This document shows, piece by piece, positions 12,461 to 26,092 of a DNA stretch of 64,000 bases. This stretch comes from Carcharhinus longimanus (lineage: Eukaryota). A program made the position numbers and the translations under genes. Location of the stretch: assembly GCA_030264375.1 (NCBI GenBank), contig JASCQW010000137.1, positions 27,186,299 to 27,250,298 on the forward strand, read 5' to 3'. A model generated the notes under the pieces. That model saw only the letters and a program-made list of their open reading frames with translations, searched no databases and was not told the origin of the DNA. Position 1 is the first letter of the stretch. The number at the start of each line of letters is the position of its first letter.

Positions 12461-13714
12461 TTTACTTGGTGTCTTTTATGTATAGTGGCTAACTTGGTCA
12501 TATTATTCAAATTCAAGATGTGCGCAACACCAGTTTTAAATCTTTAGTTAAAATTTTTATTTTCTTTGTTAAAGACAGAGATTTCTCTCTGTGTTGCCAA
12601 AGATACTGGGGCCACCCATTTATCTGTATGCAGTTTTTGAGATTCCTAGGCTTTTGCTAGGAAGCATAACTTCTGATTATAAGGAATTTGGCAACATTCA
12701 CAAAACTCTTTTTTTCCTTCTTCAAAGCTGACCCAGACAGTGTTCAACATTCTTGCAGGCTAAAGCAAACTTTGAACTGTTTTCCTGGGCTGAGGACAAC
12801 GGTGAGAATTTAAGGTGGCCTGAGAAGTTTGGCCCATCTGTTTACCTATTTAAGAGCCTACAAGAAAATGTGAACAAAGAGCAAGCAGCTTCTCTGACTG
12901 TGAAGAGGTTCTGCTCCCAGCACGCACACCTCTGATTTGTGCTTTCTTAAATACAAGGCGGGGGGGGGAGGGGGGGGAGTCATCCTTGCAAAATACAAAA
13001 GGATAGCAACAATGGGATGATTTATCAGGGAGTAAATTTTAGTTGAGGATAAGGCAGCCTGAGTAAATCAGTTCAGTTACACCGTTTGGCCTCAGTCATG
13101 ACGAATCTACTTATTTCAGTTTAATTTGCTTGTTTTGATTGTTATCGTAACTGGTAGGAATGTACTTATTTACGTAAGTTTCAGAAAATGAACAGTAAAT
13201 AAGTTTGGTCGGTAAAAATTAAATTTAATGACTGTATTTCTTTTATCCTGTTCCCTGACCACCATCGCTGAACCGGGGTTATGTTGGAACGTTTCAAGTG
13301 ATTTGTGTGGATGGTAAAGTCGTTTAGGGTGGCTTTTTAAGCAGGCAAACTTTTATTTCTTGACCTTGGGTGGAAAACACATATTTGTTAAATCATTTGA
13401 GACCTATGAGAGGTTAAACGGAAAATGTTATGGAACCGTTCAAATTATCATATTGAAACTTTCTCAAAACAGATTTAATTCCTGTTTGTTTTGTGTGAGA
13501 TATCTTCTCAACGGGATTTTAATAAAAACAAACATTTTGTCTGATTTGAATATGACAATTGCTCTCTTCTGTGAGGCTAACAATACCATTACAAAAGAAT
13601 TTCTGAAAATTATTTATCATTGTTACTATATGAGGTCACGAGAGAACAAGTAGTGTACTAGTGATAATCTGAAAATCAGGTGATACCCTGTAAAACTACA
13701 ATGCAGTTTAAATA

Positions 13715-14903
13715 GAATCATGGAATCCCTGCAGTGCAGGAAGAGGCCATCCAACTCATCGATCCTGCACCGACTCCGAAAGAGCGTCCCCCCCCAAGTC
13801 CTCCCTTCTGCCTTACTCCTTGCGTTTACCATGGTAACCCCCCTAACCTACACATCTTTGGACACTTCTTTCGATTTGATTTCATTGTCACATCTGTTGG
13901 AATATAGTGAAAAATATTATTTCTCACGTACTATACAGAAAAAACATATCATTTATAGAGTACATAGAAGAGAAGGAAAGGGGAGAGTGCAGGATATAGC
14001 GCTACAGTCACAGCTAGACTGTGGAAAAAGATCAGCTTAACATATAGTAGGTCCATTCAAAAGTCTGATGGCCGCAAGGAAGAAGCTGTTCTTGAGGTGG
14101 TTGGTTCATGATCTCAGACTTTTGTATCTTTTTCCCAATAAAGAAGGCAGAAGAAAGTGTGTCTGGGATGCATGGAGTCCTTGATTATGCTGGTTTGCTT
14201 GATGGACTGGGCTACATTCACAACTCTTTGTAGTTTCTTGCGGTTTTGAAGAGAGCAGGAGCCGTACAAGCTGTGATAGGAAAGAATGCTTTCCATGGCG
14301 CATCTGTAAAAATTGGTGAGAGTCGTGGCAGACATGCCGAATTTCCCTAGCCTCCTGAGAAAGTAGAGGCTTTCTTAACTTTAACATCGACGTGGAGGGA
14401 CCAGGACAGGTTGTTGGTGATCTGGGCACTTAGAAACTTGAAGCTCTTAACCATTTCCACTATTGATATAGACAGGGGCATGTTTTCCACTATGCTTCCT
14501 GAAGTCGATGACTATCTCCCTCATTTTACTGACATTGAGGGAGAGATTATTGTCANNNNNNNNNNNNNNNNNNNNNNNNNNNNNNNNNNNNNNNNNNNNN
14601 NNNNNNNNNNNNNNNNNNNNNNNNNNNNNNNNNNNNNNNNNNNNNNNNNNNNNNNTCGATGACTATCTCCCTCATTTTACGGACATTGAGGGAGAGATTA
14701 GTGTCATTGCACCATTTCACCAGATTCTCTATCTCTTGGGGAAATTCAGCATGGCCAATCCACCCAACCTGCAAATCTTTGGACTGTGGGAGGAGATCCA
14801 TGTCGACACACAGAGACTCCACAGTTATCCAAGGCTGGAATTGAACCTGGGTCCTTGGTGCTGTGAGGTAGCAACGCTAACTGTTGTACCAGCATGCTGC
14901 CCC
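13715..14903 (-). mobile_element. HE1-like V-SINE split by a Rex-Babar LINE (SINE halves 13715-13867 and 14737-14903)
   Basis: The two halves join as ...catctttggacact / ggggaaattcagcatggccaatccacc..., which is continuous in other copies. Confidence 0.75.
13870..14735 (-). mobile_element. Rex1/Babar-type LINE 3' fragment
   Basis: NFYRCAMESILS...RKKLQRVVNVAQSI, LLPSLLGKRYKSLRS and EIENLVKWCNDTNLSLNVRKMREIVI. aatcaaatc-type tail. Homologous to 28415-28950. Confidence 0.8.
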
Positions 14904-16129
14904 TAATACTTATAAATAAATTGTATTAGCTAATTAAATTTGCAGGATTCAATATTTAAGCTGATGTAGTATAAATTTCTACATCAGAATTTTAGTATAG
15001 GGCCTGGTCTTTTCCAGTGAGGGAATGAATTCTGCTTTAGTTTATTTCACCTTTTTTCCCCTTTTTTTTATAATACGAGAATGTGACAGTATAAATTGAG
15101 AACAAAAGTTAAAATCTTACATATTTTACCAAGGTAAAGTCGGCGAAATTACCAAACCTAATTAACTTAGCAGTTTTATCTAAAAGAAACCAAAAGAACA
15201 AATTGTACCAAGCCAGATTGTACACTCAATCTATTCCCTTTTTGTCCCCTTGGTTGCAAGTTATCATGTGAAACTGAATAGACCATGAATACAAAAGTTA
15301 AAAGAAATTACAAAACAATTGTCCAATGTTTTCAAATTTTATAGCTTGACTAATTTTATTGGAAGTTGGGCTTTGCCAAGATTTTTTTTTCATTTTTCTA
15401 ATTTTGTTCCCTTTAAATGACCAGTGCTGGAAGGCAACAACTCTAGCTCGAACTCCATGGACAATGGTGACTTTCCATTAGCTTAGCTAAATAGCTATTG
15501 ATTGTGTATAAGGCTTGATACCCAAGACTGAAAGGGAGAATTGTTGTGGTCACAGTTTGTAGCAATGTAGTAACCATGTTCTGTTTGAATGCAGCCATGA
15601 TGTCATTATACAAAGCAAACAAAAAAATTCTCCCCCAAAGTGTCAGTGTTTTTTGACTCATGTGGGCCATAACAGCCGAATCTGGCCCGAACACGTGCCT
15701 TTCCAATAGGATGTCAACAACATACCCCTACCACCAAGAACTATCATTTGTCTGGAAACTTTACACTGGAAAATGTCTTGCAGCGTTTCACAGAAACGTT
15801 AAGAAAAAATAACAACTGCTAAGCCAAAGAAAGGAGGGGTGTCCAAAATCTTAATCAATCTTAAGGAGGATCTCAAAGAAGGATGGGAAATGGAAGGTTT
15901 ATGGGGAGGGGAAGTCGTGTGAGGCCTAGGCAGTTCAATAGGTCAAAATATCTCAAATAGTATAATGTCAGTTGTACAATTGCATATGTCACATTTTGTG
16001 AAGTAAAGGATCTTGCAGGATTTGTTGAACACTATAGTGGAATTTTAGGATTCAGGTGATAAACCATTTAACATTCTCTTTAGGATCTCTTAAACTTTTC
16101 CCAATTTACTTAACTTTCATTTCAGGCAT

Positions 16130-16260
16130 TGGGCAGAATTTCCCCATCCCGCCTGCCAGGGGAATTGGAGCAGGCAGAGGGTGGACCATGCAATGGTCCC
16201 ATTGACCTCGGGCAGGATTTTCCAGCCTTGGGTGAGCGTGGCTGGAAAATCTCACCCATT
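16130..16260. mobile_element. ~130 bp MITE-like element (possibly PIF/Harbinger-derived)
   Basis: Inverted ends gggcagaatttcc / ggaaaatctcaccc and core ccattgacctcgggcaggatttt. Further copies at 39341-39468 and (inverted) 51392-51512. Confidence 0.7.
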
Positions 16261-17099
16261 GACTTTTGCTGGGATACAACGTCAGTGACCCCGGAATCTC
16301 AACTGTCTTAGCTCTCAACTTGTGAATTCAAGACATGGTCAGTGGGCTATTTGGTTGTGAAACCGTTTGCCCAGCTGAAAGCAGCTAACTCCCTCAGACC
16401 AGCAACTGAAACCAGAGGGTTTTTTTCAGCTGTTAATCCACCTGTTTGTGGCAGCCTTATTAACGTACAACAGTTGGACTTATTTCCCATCATCTATTAA
16501 TCTACATGCATCCCATGTTATTCCATTGACAAATGCAATATTATGTATCTAGGTGCAAAAGCAGCAATTAAAGATCAAACCATACCTGCAATGGTCCACT
16601 GTACCTCTCAACAGAATAGATTGCGTCCAGAACAAATTGCTTCCAGTTAATATTTATTTCTAATAATATTAACAGGTTATTTATCTTGTAATATTAATAC
16701 TAGACCCAAGTAACATTCCTGTAAATTTACCCCTCAATGTTTCTTCTGAGTTTTACAAAGGGAAAACACTTGTAAATCCTGCCTGGTACTGTCCTTTGTG
16801 AATTGCACAGGAACAAATTACAGGACAACACATCCCTGCGTTCAGAAGTATTCATGAATTACTCAAGCTGCACTGTTGTCTTTGATGTTATATGAACCTG
16901 ATCACTGCCTTTTAACACGGTCTGGAGTATCAGTTGTCTTATGTACATAGCACAGATAGAATTTTAATCTTTCAAAAGACCTAGATTGTGCAGCCTGGTT
17001 CTGTTGCTCGCAGGATTCCATTTCTTTCATTTTTTTAGTGTGGTTTGCACCTTTTGTATATCCAGAATTCACATCAAGAATAATCCACAGCAAGGACTA

Positions 17100-19102
17100 T
17101 GTGGTATTGTTTACAAGACTTTATTCAACTGAATTCTGAATTTAATTCTATCAAGTGTGGGTGTTCAGCAGTTATAGTACATGTTCACATCTGGTTCAAT
17201 TACAGCCATCTAACAACCAAAAAAAATCCACAAATTTTATGCGTAATTAAATATATTCATATATAATAATGATAATATATTAGTATGCATTGTAGGAAAA
17301 CATTGCAAACTATGCAATGACCATAACTAAACAACATTTACAGTTCAACTTATTAACAGGTAAATGCAGAGCCCGACAGGTCTGTGTAACAGGGGAAAGA
17401 GTCAGAATAAAGTCTACGTTAGCTGGAGTATGGCTGAACTGATATAAAAGTCTTTATCCAGAACTACATTACATCAATATAAACACACTTCCAATTATGT
17501 CAGTCTTATAGTCATCATGCGCTAACCTTGATGATGTTTACCCTGTTACAAAACTCATTCATTTCTTCAGTACCTCTTATGTTTAGACTAAGAATTCAAT
17601 TTTTATGCAGTATCTTGAAGTGGTAATATGTGACTGGTTTAATGTTAGTTTCTTCTACTTTATATTTTTTAGTCTGCTGCTGTGATTGATTAGAGACAGA
17701 GCTGTGCACACTTGTTAACAGGGTCACAGCAAAGGCAAGGGTCATATGTGCGACCTGAGTTGGTTGCTTGATGGAGATACTGATCAGCAAGGTTGAGATG
17801 TCACCTTGCCCCAATGGAACTGGAATTGGTCACTGGAACAAGCAGTAAATCATTGCCTGTAATCATCTACACAGTTACAAAAAGATGTAGGTGTGAAGTT
17901 TACTGTGTAGGCGATGGATCAGAACCAACAGGCCTGTCGGGTGTGGGAAGAGGAATCAGGTACATTCCCTAGTTGTAGTCTTAACAAAAAAGTTATATTT
18001 CCTGTCGAGAGGACTTTCAAATCTATCCAAGGCTTTTAACCAAGTACTAACTATACAAATAGAAACTTTAATGAATTTGACTATATGTTAAGGTTTTGAA
18101 GAGGGATACAAGAACCAAGTGTCAGTGAATTTACTTTATTTTTCTGTTCTTGTGCGGTGATTCTGTGAACCTGTAACAGAATTCATTTGAAAAGAAAATA
18201 TAGCTTTATTTCAGTAGCGTTATACTGAAAGAGTTTTTTTTTCTCTATTTAAAAGATTTTTTTTTGAGCATTAATTTGATTTGGGGCTGTTTCGCTGCCA
18301 GTCTTTTTTGTAGATTGTGAATGAATTCAACGTAATCTCAATTCATCTATAAAATAGGTGCACAACAGGCTTGGGGAAATTTATCAGATGGGGCATAATC
18401 CTTCAATCGTGGGAGCAAAATGTTGCATCCTATATAGGAAGCAGAGCGACTGCCAGCTGAGGACTGAGAAAACACCAGTGAACTTAACAAGTGTGAGATG
18501 CATGTCGGTATGAAGTGAAAGCAAGCAAGGGTGTTGTTATGGCACTTTGAAGGCTTTTTAAGTATTTTTTTCTCTCTGTCATATTGTAGTACGGAATATA
18601 ATTTCCACATTGATTGCCAAAGGCTGCTGTCTTGGTAGACCTGCTTACGATATAGCGCACTAAGTATTGTGCCGGTTGTAAACTGGGCTGGGGAAGAAGA
18701 TTCCAACTGAAACATTTTGGGTTAACTATGCAGCTAAAAAGTTAACAGCTTAAGTTGGGATCAAACCAGTCTTGGCATGACTCCCAGCAATTGTCCAACA
18801 TGGTCAGTTTGAGATGTTGTGCCCCTTTCAACAAAATTCGTACTGCTTTATGCAGAGAAGAGCAACTGTGAAAGGATTTTGGTTGTGAATCAAATGTCCT
18901 TCATTTCAGAACATTTGGAGCTGTTGTGTAAAGAGTAGTCCATCTTTTGTTTTGTATTCTTGTTTATTTTTGAATTTGAAATCAGCATGAGGTGCAAACT
19001 TGGCAATTCAAAAATCCCAAACTGCTAGATGAGTTCCTTCACAAGTTCCTAATTTTATCCTAACATCGGTTCCTGCTCACAAACAAGCAGCACAGTCTCT
19101 CT
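17100..19102 (-). other. NTN1: Probable NTN1 3' UTR (~2 kb) ending near an AATAAA at 17125-17120
   Basis: Stretch without recognisable TEs after the stop codon. AATAAA on the - strand (TTTATT at 17120-17125) is followed by GT-rich sequence. Other AATAAA hexamers exist, so the true end is uncertain. Confidence 0.45.
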
Positions 19103-19431
19103 TTACGCCTTCTTGCACTTGCCTTTCTTCTCCCTCTGTTGAAACTTTCGCAGCCTCCTTGCCCACGTGTCCCTCCATTGTATCACCAAGCTGGTTTTGT
19201 TCGCTACAACCCCATTCTGGTCAGGAGAGTCCTCATCGTTGCCCAGGAGGAGGTACTTCTTCCCCGTTTTTATTTTTGGGCACTTGCAGGCTACATCCTT
19301 TGAGCGCACCCAGAGGAACTGGTCACCACGTCGTATCCGTTTTACCCCTTGTTTGTAGACTGATATGATATTCACAGTAAACTTCCACCATTCGCCAGCT
19401 TTCTCTGCCTTCAAGATGTGAGCCTGAACAG
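19103..19431 (-). CDS. NTN1: Netrin-1 last coding exon (C345C/NTR domain, C-terminal part)
   Basis: Acceptor ttctgttcttttctttgttattgcAG on the - strand, then (A)[28 protein letters not shown]...[23 protein letters not shown], the highly conserved netrin-1 C-terminus. Phase 1 matches the upstream exon. Confidence 0.97.
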
Positions 19432-21276
19432 CTGCAATAACAAAGAAAAGAACAGAAGAATATTTAAGCTGTCCCACGCATTAAACATTGCATCAAGTAA
19501 ATTATTCACACCTCAAATGCAGCTCAAGGCCTGAGCTTTAACCCCATTTGTTTAGATGACCACTCATTATTATCGTGGTAACAGTTTCCATAGTATATGG
19601 GGCAGGGAAGATGTAGCGAGTCTTGGTGCTATGAAATAAACTTGACAAGGGAAACTGATTAATGTTTGACAGAGGATATAATCAAAACCTTAGAAACCAA
19701 TTTTCTTCCTGGCCCAAGTACAAGATGTTTAATCTGACATGGTTGTGAATCACTCTTAATCAACGCAGTAAAAATGCTGGATCGTGGAAAGAAAGGGGAG
19801 AAAACTGATCATACTTCAGAATATCTCCAACCCTCCTGCTCCAAAGGTTAAGAACTGTTAAACTGGAAGCTAATTAGAAAGCCGAGAACAAGTGATTGTT
19901 TATATCTAAGGAAATTTACTGTGTGCTGTTAGTTGTCAAACAGTAGTTCATAATGCGCTTACATTCCTTTAGTTGCACATGTGAGAACCATAAAGCAGAT
20001 TTCAATGGCAGTTTGTCACTGTCTATGCTCTCTGCTGCCCTAGTCATTTGCCTTTGTGTCACACATTCTTATGCTCTCTGCCTGTCGTTCAGTATTCTAA
20101 AGTTGCTTTTTTTCCCCTACTAAACAATACCAGTTAAGTGTATTCCACTTGCACTTGAGTTATGGTAAACGAACCTTAATATTAAATATAAGAACTTTAT
20201 AAGTTGCCATGTCAAGTTCCTTGTTATTGAGCAACAGTTCTATCCATATCTTATGATTAAATTAAAACTTCATGGACTGCATAGAAGCATCAAATATTGA
20301 GTCCATTCTTTCCAACTGCTGTAATATTTTCTGGTTTAGCACCAACCTGGTGAGTACTTCCAGCTTGGACCTTGAGTATTCTTGACATCTCAGTGCTTTG
20401 TGTCTGTTTTAATATCATTCTGCATGTTTAGAGATTTTCTGAAGCAGCATATTTTAAAAATTGCCTTTGCAAATAATTCTGATTAATTTCTGCTGACTTC
20501 AGCTTCTAACTGGCTGCTCCTGTTGAGATTTTAAGTCAAATAACCAGCAGCAATATCTTCACGAGAGAGCTGGTCTAAAGGAGTTTCAGAATCCAGAGGC
20601 TAAAGAGCAGTTAATTAACATCAACGATAACTATCCTCGTTTGCTTCAGCATTCTCCTGTTTAGCGATGCATTCAAGACAGTGTCAGAAATGATGTTCAC
20701 ATAAAAATTACAAATACAAATAATAAGCTTGTTCCTTCACCTTTTAAAAGATGGGCGCACTTCATTACACGGGCTGCGTTTTCTGGTTATAAATACATTA
20801 AGCATAGAAGGTAGAATTTCACATTTTCATTTAGCTACGTTATCAAGCTGTGTGGGTTGTTGTTTTAAGACAATTGGAATGAGACAGTCCAGGGTATATT
20901 TACTTCCTCAGAACAAAATTAGGGAAAAGATCAAGAAATTTTGCATTGTCTTCTGTGCAAATTTTCCCTACTGCTTGATATCAGAAATATGTGATAGTAA
21001 AATTAAGCATTCTTCTCAAGTAATCCAGCCAAGAATCAGTACACCTTCTCTGTTGACATCAGGGACACATAACTGTGTCTGTTGTTTGGGGAGTGTGCCA
21101 AGACGTATAATTACATCAAGACCCCACAGTCTTTTTCCCGTTTTCTTTTTGTATGTTCAAATTAGTGTGTATGAAGGAAATTTCTAGTCAAGCTAAATGG
21201 TGACAGGAACAGCTTACCCCAGCACTGATTTGAGAAATTGGTGATGGGGAAATCCCAGTAACTGCTAGGAAGAATG

Positions 21277-21578
21277 GGGCAGTATGGTGGCACAGTAGTT
21301 AGCACTGCTTCCTCACAGTGCCAGGGACCTGGGTTCGATTCCTGGCTTCGCTCACTGTGCAGAGTCTGCACGTTCTTCCCAAATTTGCATGGATTTCCTC
21401 TGGGTGCTCCAGTTTCCTCCCACAGTCTGAAAGGTGTGTTGGCCATGCTAAATTCTCCCTCCGTGTACCTGAACTGGAGTGTGGCAACTAGNNNNNNNNN
21501 NNNNAACTAGGGGATTTTCACAGTAACTTCATTGCAGTGTTAATGTAAGCCTACTGGTGACACTAATAAATAAACTTA
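21277..21578 (+). mobile_element. V-SINE, second tail type, near full length
   Basis: ggtggcacagtagttagcactgcttcctcacagtgccagggacctgggttcgattcc head, V-domain, ttcacagtaacttcattgcagtg tail. Confidence 0.9.
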
Positions 21579-22044
21579 AAAGAATGGACTGCACTCAGAG
21601 GGTTAAAGCTGGGAGTTTGAGATCATTCCAACTGCTTTTGTTTATTCACACCAGCATGTTTCTCTGCTGCTGTAAAAGTCTACCACACACCAGTGTACAT
21701 GCCATCCTTCTGAAAGGGTCTTGTGAGCCTTTGCACTGCTTTTAATTATGATATGTGGCATCATGAAAACAGAACTGCTTCTGACTGATTCAATTGTGCC
21801 TTAGTGTTTGGCTCATTGTTGTGGAAAGCAGCGAGGAAGCAGTTCCTCAAACAATTGACCTTTCTCTACGAGAAGAAAAGGAAATCTGCCTAATGCACCA
21901 AGGAGCAGGGGAGGTTGGGAAAATGCATTTGGCAGAACTGAGTGGAAGGTAACATCTTGAAAACGGCAGAAGTAATATCATTTTCTGCAAATCTGTTTGG
22001 AAAGCTGATCGACCAGGAAGTATTCAGAGTCAGGGTACAGGGAT

Positions 22045-22206
22045 ACAAAAAAAATTTCAGATCAGGAACAGGCCCTTCGACCCCCAGAGCTTGCACAGAC
22101 CATACTGCCCGACTGAACTAAAACCCCCTACCCTTCCAGGGACCATATCCCTTTATTCCCACCCTATACATGTATTTGTCAAGACGCTTCTTAAAAGTCA
22201 CTATCA
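22045..22206 (-). mobile_element. CR1 LINE extreme 3' fragment
   Basis: Closely similar to 61435-61595 (aactaaaaccccctacc...gggaccatatccct). Confidence 0.8.
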
Positions 22207-22929
22207 CAGTGACCAACAGCCATGAAATTAAGAATGTTTCTTTTGGAAAGAAATGTTTCTAGACATCCCTTACAACAGCTCTGTTCTGAAAACATGGCTG
22301 AGATGTTTAACCTGAGTTGTTCTTTTGGCATGTTGGAGGAAAAGGATCCAATAAAACATGATGATGGAACCACCCATACGTCAAGTCACACTCCGAACAT
22401 TTAGATTCTGATAGTCACCCCTTGCGTCCCCACACCATAAGACATAGGAGCAGAATTAGGCCACTCGGCCCATCGAGTCTGCTCCACCATTCAATTATGG
22501 CTGACATTTTTCTCATCTCCCTCGATCTATTACTGGAAATAGAAATTAATCACCAAGTGATCACACCGCCATGACTTTCACAGCAATGGGTAACACCTGA
22601 CTTAATTACGGATCAAATCTCACTCTGCGTCGATAATGTTAACAGGAAATGAATTATCAGCATAAGTATTCTCATGAGGCCGAATGGCCTCCTTCTGCAT
22701 TATAGGGATTCTAAAATTAGTAAATTGGAATTTGATCTAAGCATGTTCTGGTTTCATAAATGGCTAAGAGTAATTTTCAGCCTTGCCAAAAGTGCTATGA
22801 TCTGGGTAACTTTTAAGATGCTACATTATTACTGTTGTAATCTGTAGATAAGATATTTTCACATCTTACAAGGACGTTCAGCCGAGTTCTGTGGAAAGTA
22901 CCAAATGGGATGAAAGACCAAAAGAAAAT

Positions 22930-23455
22930 CAGGCAACATCATTGAGGAAAATGGTGAATTGCAAGTGTGAAAACTTAATGTTGAAAGTGCTTTGTTGTTG
23001 AAATGGGAGGACAAGTGACAGATAAAATTTGATGCAGAGAAGTGTGAATTGATTCAATTTCTCCTTGGATGAGATACGGTTGAGAGGTGATTTGACAAAG
23101 ACCTTCAAAACCATGGGTGGCCTGGACAGAGTAGAAACTGTTCCAATTGGCGGAAAGATTAAGAACAAGAGGGTACAGATTTAACGTAACTGGAAAAAGA
23201 AGCAATGTGATATGAGGAAAAGCTTTTTCACGTAGCAAGTGGTCACGGCCTAGAATGCACCACCAGAGAGTTTGGTGAAGGCTGGGTCAACTAAGTTTTC
23301 AAAAGGGAACTGGATCATTATTTAATAAGGAAAAATTTGCAGGACTACAGGCAAAGGTAGGAGAGAGGCACAGGGTGAATTGTTTACTCAGAGGACCAGT
23401 ACAAATAAAATGGACCGGATAGCCTCTTCCTGTGCTTTAACCATGCTATGATGCT
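22930..23455 (+). mobile_element. Degraded CR1 LINE 3' fragment
   Basis: aagtgtgaattgattca, gagaggtgatttga..., agaggtacagattt-like block and tail gcctcttcctgtgct...ctatg. Confidence 0.7.
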
Positions 23456-23734
23456 CTGTGTGGACTTCAGCCAGGTCACAGCTCAGAGGCAGCCTGGTTG
23501 ATCTCAGCAGGGAAGATTTAACCTTGTCCACTTCCTGCCATATGATCATCAGTGGATATCAATGGCAGTGATGCAGGGGTATGTGACCTTGATTGTCCCA
23601 TGCTCATGACAAAAAACAAACATAAATGAGGCCATAATTTCTGTTTAGACGTGGAATATGATGACCTGTATGAATTCCAAGATAGAAATACACAATGACT
23701 GTCCTTGACAATTACACTACCATTTCCAATTGCC

Positions 23735-24270
23735 AGAGGTGGGGGGGGGAGGGTGGGTTTGTGGGAGGAGATCAGATATTGTGGGGTGGGGATAGAAGTC
23801 TGGGGGTGGAAATGAAGGTCATGGGGTAGGAGTTTTCAGAGCTTGGGGCAGAACTGTTCAGTGGGGTACATTGATGGCTGGGCTGTGGGCGGTAGGTGGG
23901 GAGGAATTCGGGGTGGGAATGGTGGGGAATAACTTGGGGTGATGCACTTCTGGGTACCTGGGCCAGTCCCATGAGGGAGGGGGGAGGAGACCCGTGAGTG
24001 TCAGTTTGGATGTTTGCAATAGTTACCCAGAAGTTAGAGAAGGTTTTAATTCATTGAACTTTTTCTGGGTGTAATCCTGGCAGCACCATCGGAAATTTGT
24101 GAATTAAATTCCATTTTCCGATGGTTCCCAATGCAGGACAATTGTTCAGAGGGTATTTGCATTTATGGGAAATCATTGTGCAAATGCTTACCTGGGAACT
24201 TTCAAGAGCGATTACTCCAAAGCATTTTATCCCCTAAATCCGATGCTGGGGAACTCTGAAGTTATGTCCC
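23735..24270. repeat. Unclassified hairpin-rich repeat (copy 2)
   Basis: G-rich block, then atagttacccagaagtt...aactttttctgggt and accatcggaaa...ttttccgatggt hairpins. Confidence 0.55.
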
Positions 24271-24934
24271 AATTAGTTACATAAATTCTAAAACCTTTCA
24301 TTCCAGTGGGGTAATGGTGCTTGGAGGTAGAAAATAAATGAACTTAAAAGTAGATCAGGAAATGAGGATATGAAGTAAGAACTAGGGAGATAAAGCCCAT
24401 TAAAAGGACTAGACTAATACAACACAGTAATATAAAAACAAGCTCATGATTTACCAAGGATGTTCTATATTTCAATTAAGTAATGTCCAATCTGAATAAG
24501 ACCACTGCATATGATTTAATGTACTTTCTTCTTTAATTTAATAAAATATATACAAAAAGGAGCCAGTCTAATGTGGGTTTGTACTCTCTGAGTGGTATAT
24601 AATAGGAATTAAGTGAATTACAAAATCTAGCAGCCATCAGTCATATCACCAGTGTCCAGGTAGATACATTTCTATATAATAGAAACATAAAAACATAGAA
24701 TAGTACAGCACAGTACAGGCCTTTCAGCCCTCAATGTTGCGCTGAGCTATGTTCAAACCCAAGATCAAGCTATCCCACTCCCTACCATTCTGGTAAATAT
24801 AATGGAAGATTGCACCATTATGGAAAGGCAAAACTAAGGCGATTTGCTAATTTAGATTTTGTATAACAAACTAATAGATCTGCTGCTGATTATTGAAGAA
24901 CCAGGTGAATCCGTGCATTCTGATGTCTTTTTAA

Positions 24935-25170
24935 AAATTCTTTCACAGGATGTGGCTGTCGCTGGCTAGGCCAGCATTTGCTATTCATTTCTACCTGCCC
25001 AGAGAAAGTCTTGGTGAGCTACCTTCTTGAGTCACAGCAATCCATGTGATGTAGATACACCCGCAGTGCTGTTAGAAAGGGAGTTCCAGGATTCTGGCCT
25101 GGAGACAGTGAAGGAACAATGATATAGTTCCAAGGTGTGTGGCTTGAAAGGGAACTTGCTGGTGGTGGTG
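24935..25170 (-). mobile_element. LINE 3' end (CR1/L2 group); probable partner of the SINE at 9520
   Basis: ggatgtggctgtcgctggctaggccagcattt...agggagttccaggatt. Second copy at 29300-29600 and a short one at ~48700-48780. Confidence 0.65.
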
Positions 25171-25767
25171 TTTGATATTGAAATGCAGTCAAGTTTAACT
25201 TTTCACAGTTTACCTTTAAAGGCCAACATTTCAAACTTTGCCTAATTTACTGGTTCAGACATAATTCTACGTAAATATTGTATTCAGAATTAATATCATG
25301 CTTATTAATATGCATTGCTTTGAATTTACCAAAGAAATTAAAATCCAAAACTGAAATGTAAGTTCCAAGACTTAAAAATTACCAAGACTTACTATAAAGG
25401 ATAATTTACAAATATGATTACAGAGATTCTCTTGTTCATTTTTTACCAAATAAGTTTTCCTGAGTTACATTCAAAAAGCCTTACTGTGACTCTTCATGTT
25501 TGAAACATTGTACCATCCATTTAGTTTAGTTTCTTTTGAGTCAAGTCCTTTACCTGTTTCTTCTTGCAGCCTCAGTTAAAATTGCCATCTAGTTATGGTC
25601 ACCTAATTTCAAATTAATTGCCCAACAAGATTATGATTACCCCAAAATCTAACCCAATTCCTAATGAAACCCTTTCTTGGCTTACTGTACCAGTGCCACA
25701 AACACTTGTTGGAAATCACTCTGAGCAAACCAGATTAACTGTATTCGCCTCCATCTCATGGAACTCT

Positions 25768-26092
25768 TTCATAGAGTCACAGAATCCTCGCAGCGCAGAA
25801 AGAGGCCATTTGGTCCTTTGAGTCTGCACCGACAACAATCCCACCCAGGCTCTATCCCTGTAACTCCACATATTCACCCTGCAAATCCCTCTGACACTGA
25901 GAGGCAGTTTAACATGGCCAATCGACCTAACCCGTACACCTTTGGATTGTGGGAGGAAACCAAAGCACCTGGAGGAAACCCACGCAGACATGGGGAGAAT
26001 GTGCAAACTCAACACAGACAGTCATCCAAGGCCGGTCCCAGGTCCCTAGAGCTGTAAGGCAGCGGTGCTAACCATTGTGTCGCCGTGGCACC
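25768..26092 (-). mobile_element. HE1-like V-SINE, full length, CR1-type tail
   Basis: Reverse complement of head, V-domain and tggcctctttctgcgctgcgaggattctgtg tail. Confidence 0.9.

Noticed and set aside
14506-14705. ~50 bp direct repeat on both sides of an N run
   Set aside because: Flanks a scaffold gap inside a LINE, typical of unmerged contig overlap.
19432-19477. N-terminal extension [15 protein letters not shown] of the 124 aa ORF, resembling a signal peptide
   Set aside because: It is the intron pyrimidine tract read in frame from a GTG start. The true exon begins at the AG acceptor.
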